A DNA stretch of 64,000 bases, from positions 96,001-160,000 of the forward strand of contig CAVZQC010000002.1 in the NCBI GenBank assembly GCA_963777315.1, written 5' to 3'. A program made the position numbers and the translations under genes. The notes below the pieces were generated by a model. The model searched no databases. It had not been told where the DNA came from and worked only from the letters and a program-made list of their open reading frames with translations. Of the stretch, positions 9,442 to 19,400 are shown piece after piece; within the stretch, counting starts at the first letter, position 1, and every line of letters starts with the position of its first letter. This DNA is from Vulcanimicrobiota bacterium (GTDB lineage Bacteria > Vulcanimicrobiota > Vulcanimicrobiia > Vulcanimicrobiales > Vulcanimicrobiaceae).

Positions 9442-10929
9442 ATGCGGATCTTCACCGCTGCGATCGTGACCGAGACCAACACGTTTTCACCAATTCCAAC
9501 GGGATGGCAAGCGTTTTCGCAGCACGGTATCCAGCACGGTCGCCATGCCCGGGTAGAGCCTACGTCCGAGTTTGCCACCATGGTGCGCTGGCGGGAGCTG
9601 GCGCAGATGGAAGGGCACACGATCGTCGAGAGCGTGGCGGCGGCGGCCGAGCCAGCGGGCCCAACGCTGCAACCGGTTTATGAATCGCTGCGGGACGAGC
9701 TGCTCGAAGATCTCCAGCACGCTCTGCCGGTCGACGTCGTATTGCTCTATCTGCACGGCGCCATGGTGGCGCAGGGATATGACGATTGCGAGGGCGACAT
9801 CCTTGCTCGCGTACGCGCAATAGCCGGGATAAAGACGATCCTGGCAGCTGAACTGGATTTGCACGCGCATCTGACGCCGCAAATGCTCGCGGCGTCGACG
9901 CTGGTGATCGCGTATAACGAATATCCGCACACCGATATCGTGGAGCGCGGCGAGGCGCTGTATTGCATGAGCGTAGCAGCTGCGCGTGGAGCGATCCGTC
10001 CCGTCATGGCGGCGTTCGATTGCAAAATGAGCGGCATCTTTCCGACGGAGACCGCGCCGATGAGGGCACTGCTTGGCGAAATGCGCGCAGCAGAATGCGG
10101 CGGCGTGCTTTCGCTGAGTCTGGTTCACGGGTTCCCGTGGGGCGACGTGGCGCACGCCGGCGCCAAGTTTCTTGCCGTCGCCGACGGCGACGCCGATCTC
10201 GCGCGTTCGACGGCGACGCGATTCGGGCTCGCGTTTTGGGACATTCGCGAGCGAGCGCAAATCCAAGCTCATTCGATCGACGGGGCGCTGGATGCAGCAC
10301 TTTTGGCCGCCGCCGGACCGGTGGTATTGGCGGATGCCGGCGACAATGCTGGCGGAGGCGCTCCCGGCGATGCCACACATGTGCTTCGCCGCGTGCTCGA
10401 ACGCAACGTGAAGAACGTGGTCAGCGGCGTGTACTACGATCCCGGCGCGGTTCAAATATGTTTTGAGGCGGGAGAAAGCGCCGTCATCGATTTGCGTTGC
10501 GGAGGAAAACTCGGTGCCGCATCGGGCATGCCGCTCGACTTGAGGGTGACCGTACGCAAGCTGTGCGAGCATCACTCGCAAGATTCGATGGACGATTCTC
10601 AGCCGGTTCCATTCGGGCGCGCTGCTTGGGTGGAAGCGGACGGCGTACATCTGGTACTCGCTTCCATTCGGGGCCAAGTGTTCGCCCCCAATGCTTTTAC
10701 CAATCTCGGCATTCCAATTGACCTGGCGCGGATCGTCGTGGTGAAATCCTCACACCATTTTTGGGGGAAGTTCGCGCCGATCGCGACCCAGATGTTTCAT
10801 CTATCGAGCCCCGGAGCGCTCCCACTCGATTTCGCAACCATCGACTACAAGAAGCGTGAACTGGACTATTGGCCGCGCGTTGCCGACCCATTGGGTCGAC
10901 TGCGAGAGCCCTGCGCCGGTAGCGGGTAA
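9442..10929 (+). CDS. M81-family (MlrC-like) metallopeptidase
   Basis: MRIFTAAIVTETNTFSP, LHGAM, LDLHAH, YPHTD, DNAGGG, VVKS motifs. Confidence 0.9.
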   Translation: MRIFTAAIVTETNTFSPIPTGWQAFSQHGIQHGRHARVEPTSEFATMVRWRELAQMEGHTIVESVAAAAEPAGPTLQPVYESLRDELLEDLQHALPVDVVLLYLHGAMVAQGYDDCEGDILARVRAIAGIKTILAAELDLHAHLTPQMLAASTLVIAYNEYPHTDIVERGEALYCMSVAAARGAIRPVMAAFDCKMSGIFPTETAPMRALLGEMRAAECGGVLSLSLVHGFPWGDVAHAGAKFLAVADGDADLARSTATRFGLAFWDIRERAQIQAHSIDGALDAALLAAAGPVVLADAGDNAGGGAPGDATHVLRRVLERNVKNVVSGVYYDPGAVQICFEAGESAVIDLRCGGKLGAASGMPLDLRVTVRKLCEHHSQDSMDDSQPVPFGRAAWVEADGVHLVLASIRGQVFAPNAFTNLGIPIDLARIVVVKSSHHFWGKFAPIATQMFHLSSPGALPLDFATIDYKKRELDYWPRVADPLGRLREPCAGSG

Positions 10930-10938
10930 AATGCGCCA

Positions 10939-11154
10939 ATGGAACGGCGCTTCAAAGTCGGCGATCATGTGAGCTGGAATTCGGAAGCCGGGCGCGTCAG
11001 CGGGACCATCATCAAAGTGATCACGTCCGCTACTGAATTCAAGGGCTACACCAGGCATGCGACGCCAGCCGAGCCGCAGTACGAAATCAAAAGCGATAAG
11101 ACCGATCACATCGCGATGCACAAGGGGTCGGCTCTACGCCGGCTGGCGCCGTAG
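10939..11154 (+). CDS. DUF2945/HVA1-like small protein
   Basis: FKVGDHVSWNS...EPQYEIKSDKTDHIAMHKGSAL signature. Confidence 0.85.
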   Translation: MERRFKVGDHVSWNSEAGRVSGTIIKVITSATEFKGYTRHATPAEPQYEIKSDKTDHIAMHKGSALRRLAP

Positions 11155-11211
11155 CGACCTGCCGCATTCGTTTGCAGCAAGGCGTCGCCCAAGACCGTCG
11201 AACGTCACCGC

Positions 11212-11952
11212 ATGGAAACTACTGCACAGTGGCCGACCTTTCGATCGCCCTTGCGAGCGCGCCGGCAGGTCGCCGAGGGAACGATGGCTTTCGAGTTTGC
11301 CAAGCCCTCCGACTGGACGTTCGTCGCCGGACAATTCATCGACATCACGCTGCTCGATCCGCTCCAAACCGACAAAGAAGGGAACACCAGAGGGTTTTCC
11401 GTCGCGAGTGCACCGTACGAAGAAAACATTATGATCGCTACGCGCACGCGAGACACGGCGTTCAAACGCGTGCTCAAATCCGAACTCTTAGGGACGGAGG
11501 CGAAAATTGAGGGGCCGTTTGGAGGTCTGACGCTGCACGAGGACGCTACACGGCCGGCCGTTTTTCTCACCGGCGGCATCGGCGTAACGACTTTTCGCAG
11601 CATCGTTTTCCAAGCGGCGCACGAAAAACTTGCTCACCGCATCGTGTTGTTCTATTCCAACCGCCGGCCTGAGGACGCGGCTTTTTTAGCCGAGCTGCAA
11701 TCGCTGCAGGAAACGAATCCCAACTACACGCTCGTTGCGACGATGACGGACATGAAGGACTCAAAACAAGCCTGGTCCGGGGAAACCCGGAGACTCGATG
11801 CTCAAATGTTGGCGACCTACTCCGACGCCACCAAAAACGGGATCTATTACATCACCGGGCCGCCCGGCATGGTGCAGGGATTGCAAACGGTGCTTTCCGG
11901 AATCGGCGTCGCCGGCGATGACGTCCGCGTAGAGGAATATACCGGCTACTAG
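11212..11952 (+). CDS. FNR-family FAD/NAD(P)H oxidoreductase
   Basis: RGFSVAS, GPFG, GGIGVT, YITGPPGMV, EEYTGY C-terminus. Confidence 0.88.
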   Translation: METTAQWPTFRSPLRARRQVAEGTMAFEFAKPSDWTFVAGQFIDITLLDPLQTDKEGNTRGFSVASAPYEENIMIATRTRDTAFKRVLKSELLGTEAKIEGPFGGLTLHEDATRPAVFLTGGIGVTTFRSIVFQAAHEKLAHRIVLFYSNRRPEDAAFLAELQSLQETNPNYTLVATMTDMKDSKQAWSGETRRLDAQMLATYSDATKNGIYYITGPPGMVQGLQTVLSGIGVAGDDVRVEEYTGY

Positions 11953-12010
11953 ACGGTGCAATGCAGTAGCTGGCGACGAAAATATTTAGCGAATCGGAAC
12001 GAGGGAGCGA

Positions 12011-13129
12011 TTGAGACACGATTTCATAACGAAGTGACGGGATGACGGCAGTGAACATCTGTGGCACGGGTACCCCGATGAATGCTTTGCGCTGACGTCG
12101 TTCGCGGACTCCCTTGTAGCACACGTTCTGCTCAACGGCGGGTGGTGGATTCAGCAACCCATTACCGTAGTCCGAATGGCGTTCGTAGTTGATTTCGTCT
12201 CCACGCATGAAGCGCAAGCCGACGCATCAATTCAGCATGGCTGGAACGGCGCCTGGGAGCTCCCGATGGGCGTCGCCAACACCGTGTATAGCCGGACGGA
12301 AGTGAACGAACAGAACGCCCGAATCGAGCGGCACATATCCGTCATAGCCACCGCGATGACGCATGAGTTCTTCCATAAGACGATCGGCGAGAAGCTGCTG
12401 GATGCCCACTCCTGCCCGGACAAGGAGCACTGCACTATATGTAAAGGGAGATCGCCACGGGGCCTAGCGGACGTGTTTCAATTACTCTCGGCCGGCACGG
12501 ATCAGCCGGACGTACATCTCTTTTCACGATGGACGCCAAGCAAAGATTTGACGGCGATATTAAAGGCCGATGGAGTCAATATCGTACACCACGATTTGAG
12601 CGACATCCCGGTCGCCGATCTCGAGGCCAATCGAGCATATCATATCTGGGATGGCACCGAGAATCAGGGTCACGAGTTCCGAGAGGCAGTTTGGGCGCCC
12701 GCGTGGCGTAAGCAACTCGTTTATGGCAAGGCTCTAGGCGGACTGTTGTTCCTCACTCGCCTTGAGGCGCAGGATCTGGCGCAGTTCAATGAGCTGCGCG
12801 GCGTAGTAAAAACCTGGGGCGAGTTCCGCCGCCGCGTGTCGCCGCGAATCTTGGCAAGGATCACCGGTGGCGTCGCCGATGCGATACCCGACAGTGATCC
12901 GTTTGCGGATCACGATCCCAAGTCGGACTATTGGCCCTTTCCAAACAGCGATCAACTCGACTTTCTCCCAAAGGATGTTGTCGAACTCGGTGAAGTCACC
13001 GACACAGGGGAGGGCGACAGGTTAGACTTGCCGATCGACAAGGAAGCCGAGATCGTAAAGCGCCTTCGCTGCCACGGGTTCGAAGTCGAGCGCGACGATG
13101 CGCTCGTCCGCGCAGCGGCTGATTGCTGA
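12011..13129 (+). CDS. Hypothetical Cys/His-cluster protein; probable true start TTG 12011 with in-frame TGA at 12035
   Basis: GAGGGAG RBS before TTG 12011, in frame with the 317-aa ORF from 12176; HSCPDKEHCTIC motif. Confidence 0.55.
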
Positions 13130-13201
13130 TACCGGGCGGCGCGGAGCCGAATTGCCGGCGTGACGAGGGGGGATCTCGCTCGCGAAGGCCTGCTCCCCGC
13201 G

Positions 13202-13470
13202 TTAACGCCACTTGTTTCCCAGAGCTCCGATGTCCGAACGACCCAGGTCCGCAGTCATCGCGACTCGGAAACGAGTCTTCGCATTGAAGGTCAGGAAAAA
13301 CGGCTCCGCAAAGCGCGGAACGTCGGAAGGATCGTTGAGATTGATGACGAGCACCGCGCCGCGGCAGCCATCGTACTCCGAAAAGTAGGCGGCTTCGGGT
13401 TTGATGTCCGAATTTTCTGGATTTTGTCCCCGGCACTTCCATCCCGGACATTGACTGCGTTGGGCGCTCG
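13202..13470 (-). pseudogene. Frameshifted small conserved protein (RDGSAG-KI..KPEAAYF family)
   Basis: NVRDGSAGDKIQKI is in one frame and DIKPEAAYFSEYDGCRG..PRFAEPFFLTFNA in another; no intact start. Confidence 0.6.
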
Positions 13471-13538
13471 GTGAGTCGTCGCGGATCAAGTCCCCTGGCT
13501 ATGAGTCGTTACCGCTTCCGGCATTGCGGCTATGACCG

Positions 13539-14930
13539 TTACGTAGGTTTGATGTTTTGGTTGATCCGGAATAGATTTTCCGGGTCGTATTTCGCCTTTA
13601 TCCGTGTGAGGCGTGGATAGTTATCCCGGTACGCAGCTTGTACGAACGTTTCGCCTTCATCCATGACCATATTAACGTAGGCGCCTCCCGCCGCGTAGGG
13701 ATGGAGTGCAGACCAATAGTCCCTCGCCCATTGCACGAGCATCTCCTTGCCTGAAGGATCGGGATCCACGCCGACGATGACTTCGGCGAAATTTGCGTCG
13801 CGAAAGCTCCACGCCGTATCCGATCGGCCGACGCGATGCGCCGCACCGTTGACGGGATAAAGGTGCATGGAGGAGTGCATACTCGGAAGACTGTCGGCGT
13901 ATTTGACGTGCAGGTCGATAGCGGCTTGGGGGAGATCGCGAAAGAAGTCCGCCTTCCAATACCAATATAATCCGGGCGGATAGAGCGGGTCGAACATGCT
14001 TTGCAGCGCCTGGAACGGGATGGGTCCGGCAAAATCCATGATCGGCGGTGCAAACGCCCGCACCGGTCGCAAGGCAGCCTCGGCGCCGGCGAGGTCGCCC
14101 GTGTAACACCAGACCGTCACGCACATCTTCTTGAGATGGTGTTCGGCGGGAAACGGCGGCGTCGGCGGCACTGTCACGAACCCGAACCATCCATTGAGAT
14201 CTTCCGTTGCGTTCAAGATGAAGTCTTTCCACTTGCGAAGCACCAGTGCGCTTTGCTCGAGCGGCCAGAAAATCGGCCCGCCGTATACAGTCTGCACAAA
14301 GTTGCCCCTGAACAGAAACGACGTAACGACTCCAAAGTTTCCGCCGCCGCCGCGGATCGCCCAAAAGAGATCGGGATTCTCATCCTCGCTCGCTCGAACG
14401 AAGCTCCCGTCGGCGAGAACCAGGTCCGCACTCAAGAGGTTATCTATCGTCAACCCATAGCGTCTCGTCAAGTATCCGATTCCGCCCCCGAGAGTAAGTC
14501 CCCCGACGCCGGTGCTTGAGATGAAGCCGCTCGGCACGGCGAGCCCAAACGCGTGCGTCGCATGATCCACGTCGCCCCAGACGCAGCCACCCTCAACCCG
14601 AATGGTGCGCTTCTCAGGGTGCACGCGGACGCTTCGCATGCAAGACAGGTCGACGACGAGTCCGTCGTCGCAGGTGCATAGGCCCGGACCGCTGTGACCG
14701 CCTCCCCGCACCGCGAGCGGCAACCGGTGGTCGCGAGCGAACCCGACCGCTGCGATTACGTCGGCAACGTCGACGCACTTCGCAATCATTGCAGGGTGTC
14801 GATCGATCGCCCCGTTATACACGCGGCGGGCGGCTTCGTATGCGTTTTCAGCGCGCGTCAGCAAATCGCCCCGCATCTTCAAGCGCAGCTCCGTCGCACA
14901 TTCGTCAACGTTGGTCGTTGCGATGTTCAC
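13539..14930 (-). CDS. FAD-binding oxidoreductase (BBE/VAO-like, probably His-linked FAD)
   Basis: VRGGGHS, GVGGLTLGGG.G, LFWAIRGGGGNFGVVT, KYDPENLF; TAGTG overlap with upstream gene. Confidence 0.92.
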   Translation of the reverse strand: MNIATTNVDECATELRLKMRGDLLTRAENAYEAARRVYNGAIDRHPAMIAKCVDVADVIAAVGFARDHRLPLAVRGGGHSGPGLCTCDDGLVVDLSCMRSVRVHPEKRTIRVEGGCVWGDVDHATHAFGLAVPSGFISSTGVGGLTLGGGIGYLTRRYGLTIDNLLSADLVLADGSFVRASEDENPDLFWAIRGGGGNFGVVTSFLFRGNFVQTVYGGPIFWPLEQSALVLRKWKDFILNATEDLNGWFGFVTVPPTPPFPAEHHLKKMCVTVWCYTGDLAGAEAALRPVRAFAPPIMDFAGPIPFQALQSMFDPLYPPGLYWYWKADFFRDLPQAAIDLHVKYADSLPSMHSSMHLYPVNGAAHRVGRSDTAWSFRDANFAEVIVGVDPDPSGKEMLVQWARDYWSALHPYAAGGAYVNMVMDEGETFVQAAYRDNYPRLTRIKAKYDPENLFRINQNIKPT

Positions 14931-15706
14931 TATGTTCCGGAAAACGCCGGCGGAAGCCAAACAGGGTGCGCCACGATCAGTACCGCCCAGAGGATCAGTG
15001 CAATGCCGATGGCAGGAACGGCGCGTTTGCCGTATGCGCCGATTTTTTCGTACACCATAAGCGCCGTGAGGGCGGCCATCCACCACAGGTTAGCAAAGCC
15101 CGCGGCAAATGCGATCAGCATAAGCGCCCAGCAACAGCCCAGGCAGAATAAACCGTGATGGCGGCCAAGCGCAAAAGCAGCGCCCACTCCACGGCGATAA
15201 TGATGCAGAAGAAACATTCCCGGCAGCCGGCATTTGCTCAGGCACGCATCCTTGAGCGTTGAGAATTGGAACGCGCCTGCCAGCGCTAGAACGCCGGCGG
15301 AAATGAGCCAGTGATGCGCTGCCAGCCAGCCCCAACGATCGACGAGGCGATGTACCATCACGTCGCCCGCGAAGGCCGCCACGCCGAAGGCACTCCAAAC
15401 CGCGGCATACCCGCTCAAGAAGGCAGCCATGACCGCGCTGCGGCGTGGCTGGCTGTGAGACGTAGCGGCAAACATCCTGATTAACGGCAAGCTCGACGGC
15501 AGCATCATTGCCGCTATCATCGCTTGCCACGCGACAACGAAGAGCAAAAGGGCTATCCAAAGCGGCAAACCGCCCTCGATCAATGTATCGTGATGCAGTA
15601 GCATCCCGGATCCGCTGACTTGGCCGACGGCCGCGATCACCCACGCAACCGCGATGGCGACCACGACCGGTGAAGAGATCCGGCCCGCGCGAGCGTACTC
15701 GATCAT
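14930..15706 (-). CDS. DUF2182 predicted metal-binding membrane protein
   Basis: MIAAMMLPS, FQFSTLKDACLSKC, GLFCLGCCWALM motifs. Confidence 0.9.
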   Translation of the reverse strand: MIEYARAGRISSPVVVAIAVAWVIAAVGQVSGSGMLLHHDTLIEGGLPLWIALLLFVVAWQAMIAAMMLPSSLPLIRMFAATSHSQPRRSAVMAAFLSGYAAVWSAFGVAAFAGDVMVHRLVDRWGWLAAHHWLISAGVLALAGAFQFSTLKDACLSKCRLPGMFLLHHYRRGVGAAFALGRHHGLFCLGCCWALMLIAFAAGFANLWWMAALTALMVYEKIGAYGKRAVPAIGIALILWAVLIVAHPVWLPPAFSGT

Positions 15707-15709
15707 ATG

Positions 15710-16378
15710 CTAGCCGGAAAAGTCGATGACGTAGTCGCCTTGGATCGCGTTGCGTCCCTCGAAGGCCCACACCATTCCGTACTGCGGGATGTTGACGCGA
15801 TTCTTTTTCGCCTTTGCCACGTATGCCGGTGATCCGGGTATCGTCGAAAACACGGAATCGCGTAGCGTGGTGACGGATCCGTCGGGGCCGCGATACGGTT
15901 CCATTTCCGAATCGATGAAGTTGCCGACTTTGAGCGTGCCGGTGCCTTCTCTGACTTGGTGGGAAATCGGTACGCGCTCTACTGCGGAAACTTCCCCGAC
16001 GAGTTGCGCGAGGTCCGCAAGCGGTCCGCCAAGCTTGCCGAAATACGCGTCTTGCAATGCTTGGAATTGTGCGTCCGTGGCGCGATCGTCGACGAGCACC
16101 AGAACCTTCCAGGTCTTGGGCTTAAGGACGTTGCCGGGAATTTTGCACACGTTGACCATTGAAAGGCCGCTGACGCCGACGCCGTCGATCGTGCCTCTGT
16201 CGAAATGATAGGCAACGAACGCATCGCACGTGCCTTTGTCCGGGTCCTCGCCAATCCAGCACGGGCACAGCACGTTGCACGAGCATGCCTCGAGCAACGT
16301 GCCTTGAAGGCTGTATAGGGTGCCTTGCGTTTGCGTCTTGGCTTGGACGGTCGCTCCCGATTGCTGCGTCATAGGCAT
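15710..16378 (-). CDS. DUF1326 Cys-rich protein
   Basis: EACSCNVLCPCWIGEDPD.GTC motif; AGAGG RBS. Confidence 0.9.
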   Translation of the reverse strand: MPMTQQSGATVQAKTQTQGTLYSLQGTLLEACSCNVLCPCWIGEDPDKGTCDAFVAYHFDRGTIDGVGVSGLSMVNVCKIPGNVLKPKTWKVLVLVDDRATDAQFQALQDAYFGKLGGPLADLAQLVGEVSAVERVPISHQVREGTGTLKVGNFIDSEMEPYRGPDGSVTTLRDSVFSTIPGSPAYVAKAKKNRVNIPQYGMVWAFEGRNAIQGDYVIDFSG

Positions 16379-16437
16379 AACTGTTGTACCTCTCTGTTGA
16401 GCTGGGCAAGTCTGAGGAACCCAGCATAACGCCGCAC

Positions 16438-16455
16438 CGTTAGCGAATCGTTAGC
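16438..16455 (-). promoter_or_regulatory. SARP-type heptamer direct repeat upstream of the DUF1326 operon
   Basis: GCTAACG-attc-GCTAACG (11-bp period) overlapping the regulator stop codon. Confidence 0.55.
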
Positions 16456-19400
16456 TCGGCACGGTCCGCCAACAATGACCGCGCCCTCATCAGGTCCGGC
16501 GTATCGAACCCTTCCGTGAACGATTCCAGCGTCCGCCGAAGCCGCCGGTTCGACTCCTCGGCCATCGGCGACGAACGCCAGAGCCGCGCGACGCTCAGCG
16601 CCGCACGCAGTTCGAGCGATTTTGCTTGCTGCGCACGCGCGATCTCTAAGGCGCGCCGGTATGCCGCGCCGGCTTCGTTCGTGCCGGCCCCGCGCTCGAT
16701 GAGGAGGTCCCCGCGCAGGCGGTGCAGTTCGGCGTCCCACCATCGCTCGCCGGTCTCACGGGCCGCGCCCAACGCCTCCTCGAGGACAACGAGCCCCCGA
16801 TCCGGCTCGTGCGCTCGTTGACAGACGTCGGCGAGCAGAGCCAAGTAGTACGACAAGCGCATTCGAGCTCCAGTACTCGTAAAGTGGTCGATCGCTTCGC
16901 GCACTTCTCCAATCGACTCCGCGCATGGCCGATCACACGCGGTTGCATAAGCGACCAGGATCGACGACCACGCGCGGTAATATGGGGCTTCGAACTGGTT
17001 GCTCAGGCGTAACGCATCCTCTGCTTGGTGCCGGAACGTCGAAGAATCGGCACGCAGTTGTTGCAGCAGGGCCAAGTACGTTGAGGCGATCACCTGATTG
17101 AACGGCTGCTTGAGCTCAAGAGCCAACCGCGTCGCTTCACTACATCGTTCAAGGGCCGTTTGCGGGCGACCAACGCACCAGAGCGCATGAGATTGCCACG
17201 CGCACGTGAGCACGCGATAGTTGAGGCCTTGCGAATCCTGCAGATGCTGAAGCTGCCGCGGGTCGAAATTGCCCAGCAGATCTTCCCACTCGGCGATTGC
17301 CTCATGGAACCGCCCGCGGGCCAGCTGCGCACCTACCATCATGGCGATCGCAGACAGTGGGCGCTCTCCGCCCGGCCCGTAACGTAAGAGATCGGCAATC
17401 TCGTCGGTAATCGCCTGCGCCCGGTCGTGCTTTCCTTGAACGATGTAGAGCGATTGCAGTCCGTGGAGCACTTGGCTGCGTTGCGGAAGGCTCCCGACCT
17501 TGTCGCTGAGCGCCAGCGCGCGATGGAGCACCTCTTCGAGCGCGGGCGTCGTCCAGCCGCTGGTGGTCCTCAGTATCGGTGCTCGCACGAGTTGCAACTC
17601 GAGTTCCCAAGAATCACGCTTCGAGCTTTCCGGCAATGCGAGGGCCAGCGCAAGGCCGCGCTCGGCCAGCACTTGTGCTTCACCGTTGGCGTACATGGAC
17701 TGTGCAGCGGCCGAAGCGCGAATGTAATACGGAATGGCCATTTCCGCTAAACCTGCTCGATCGAAGTGCCTGGCGATTTGCCCGCTCACCCTGTCCAGCT
17801 CGGGCCCGTCGGCGGCCTCCAGCGCGCGCGCGACGATCCGATGAAGCGAGCGTCGCTCCGGTGCGCTGATTCCTTCGTAGGCAACCTCGCGCAGCTTGTC
17901 GTGCGTAAAATCGTAGGTGTTTGCTTGCCGTTCGCGGAGTATTCGCTTCTGCCACAGCTCGTCGAGCGCGGCAATCAACTCGCGATCGCTGCAGCGTACC
18001 GTTTGTGCGAGGATCGAGGGGTTGAACGGGCGCGCCAGCGTCGCCGCCGCCGAGACGACTTGTCTTGCGATCTCCGAGAGTTGTGCAAGCCGACGCGCAA
18101 TAACGGCGTGAACGCGAGGTGGCAACGCGGAACGATTTGACGTTTCGTCGAGAGCACGTCCGCCGTCTGCGCGCATCATCTCGACGACGAAAAGTGGGTT
18201 GCCTTCCGTCTCCCCGTAGAGGCGCGTTGCCGCATCGGCATCGAAGGGGCGGCTCGCCACTTGCGACGCGAGTGCTACCGTCTCGTCGGGATTGAGCGGC
18301 TCGAGCGAGATTTCCGTCAGCGCCGATTCCTCGCTCAGCCGCAATTTGAAATCGTGCACGGCGTGCGATCGCGACAATTCCTCGGAACGAACGGTCCCGA
18401 CCACGAGCAGCGAAGCTGCGGCGTCGAACCGAAGCAGAAAATGCAGCCACTGAAGCGTTTCGAGGTCGCACCACTGCAGATCGTCGATGACGAGTAGCAG
18501 GGGCGACGGCGCGCTCATCACCGCGCGGGCCAATCCTTCAAAAAGCCGCCGGCGCTCTCCGAATGCCGGCGGGGGCGAGTCGCGCCGCTCCGTTGCCAAC
18601 TCGGGCACGACGCGTGAAACTTCCGCGAACCATACGTCTTCGAGCGTGTGGAGGTTCGAACGCAGCGCTTCGCTTCGAAGCAAATCCGTTACAGGGGCGA
18701 GGGCGAGCCGGCCTTCTGCGGCGTAGCAGCGCGTCGTCGCGGCGGCCAAACCTTGGCGGATTGCCCACGACACGAGTTCAGCTGCCAGTCGCGACTTGCC
18801 GATACCGGCCTCACCCGCGATCAACGCGAAGCGGGCGGTTCCCGACGCCGCCGCATCCCACGTTTTTCGAAGAACGAGCCACTCGTCGGCGCGGCCGACC
18901 AGCGGCGGAGAGGGCGCGTAACCGGGCCGAGCAGGCGCGCCGGTGTCGCCGGTCCGGTCTCCTTCCTGGATGCGACCGTGGAGGCGAAGCGTTTGTTCGC
19001 TGGGCTCAGCGTCGAACTCCCGCCGCAACGCCTCACGGCACTCGCGGAAGACGCGTAACGCCGCTATGCGATCGTCGCAAAGTGCGTGCAGGCGCATGAG
19101 GCAACGATAGGCTTCTTCATCGCTCGGATCGTGTCTGCGCCAGTGTTCGACATACGGGATAGCCGTCTCGTATTCGCGCGTCGCTTCCACACACTCCACG
19201 AGCTGTTGCACTGCTAGTTTGCATTGACGCGCCAAACGATCGCGCTCGGGCACAATCCAGTCGTCATAACAACTCGGAAGGAGCGGGCCGGCGCACAACT
19301 TCAGCGCGAGTTCGAGATTGGAGCGAGTGCGCGGCGTGTCACCGGACGATCGAGCCCGTCCGGCTTCCGCGATAGCTTCCTGGAAAGCGGTGGCGTCTGC

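Noticed and set aside
7222..11276. Shared CGCCGGCAGGTCGCCGA at about 7222 and 11260
   Set aside because: Only two GC-rich copies, one inside a CDS, with no flanking similarity
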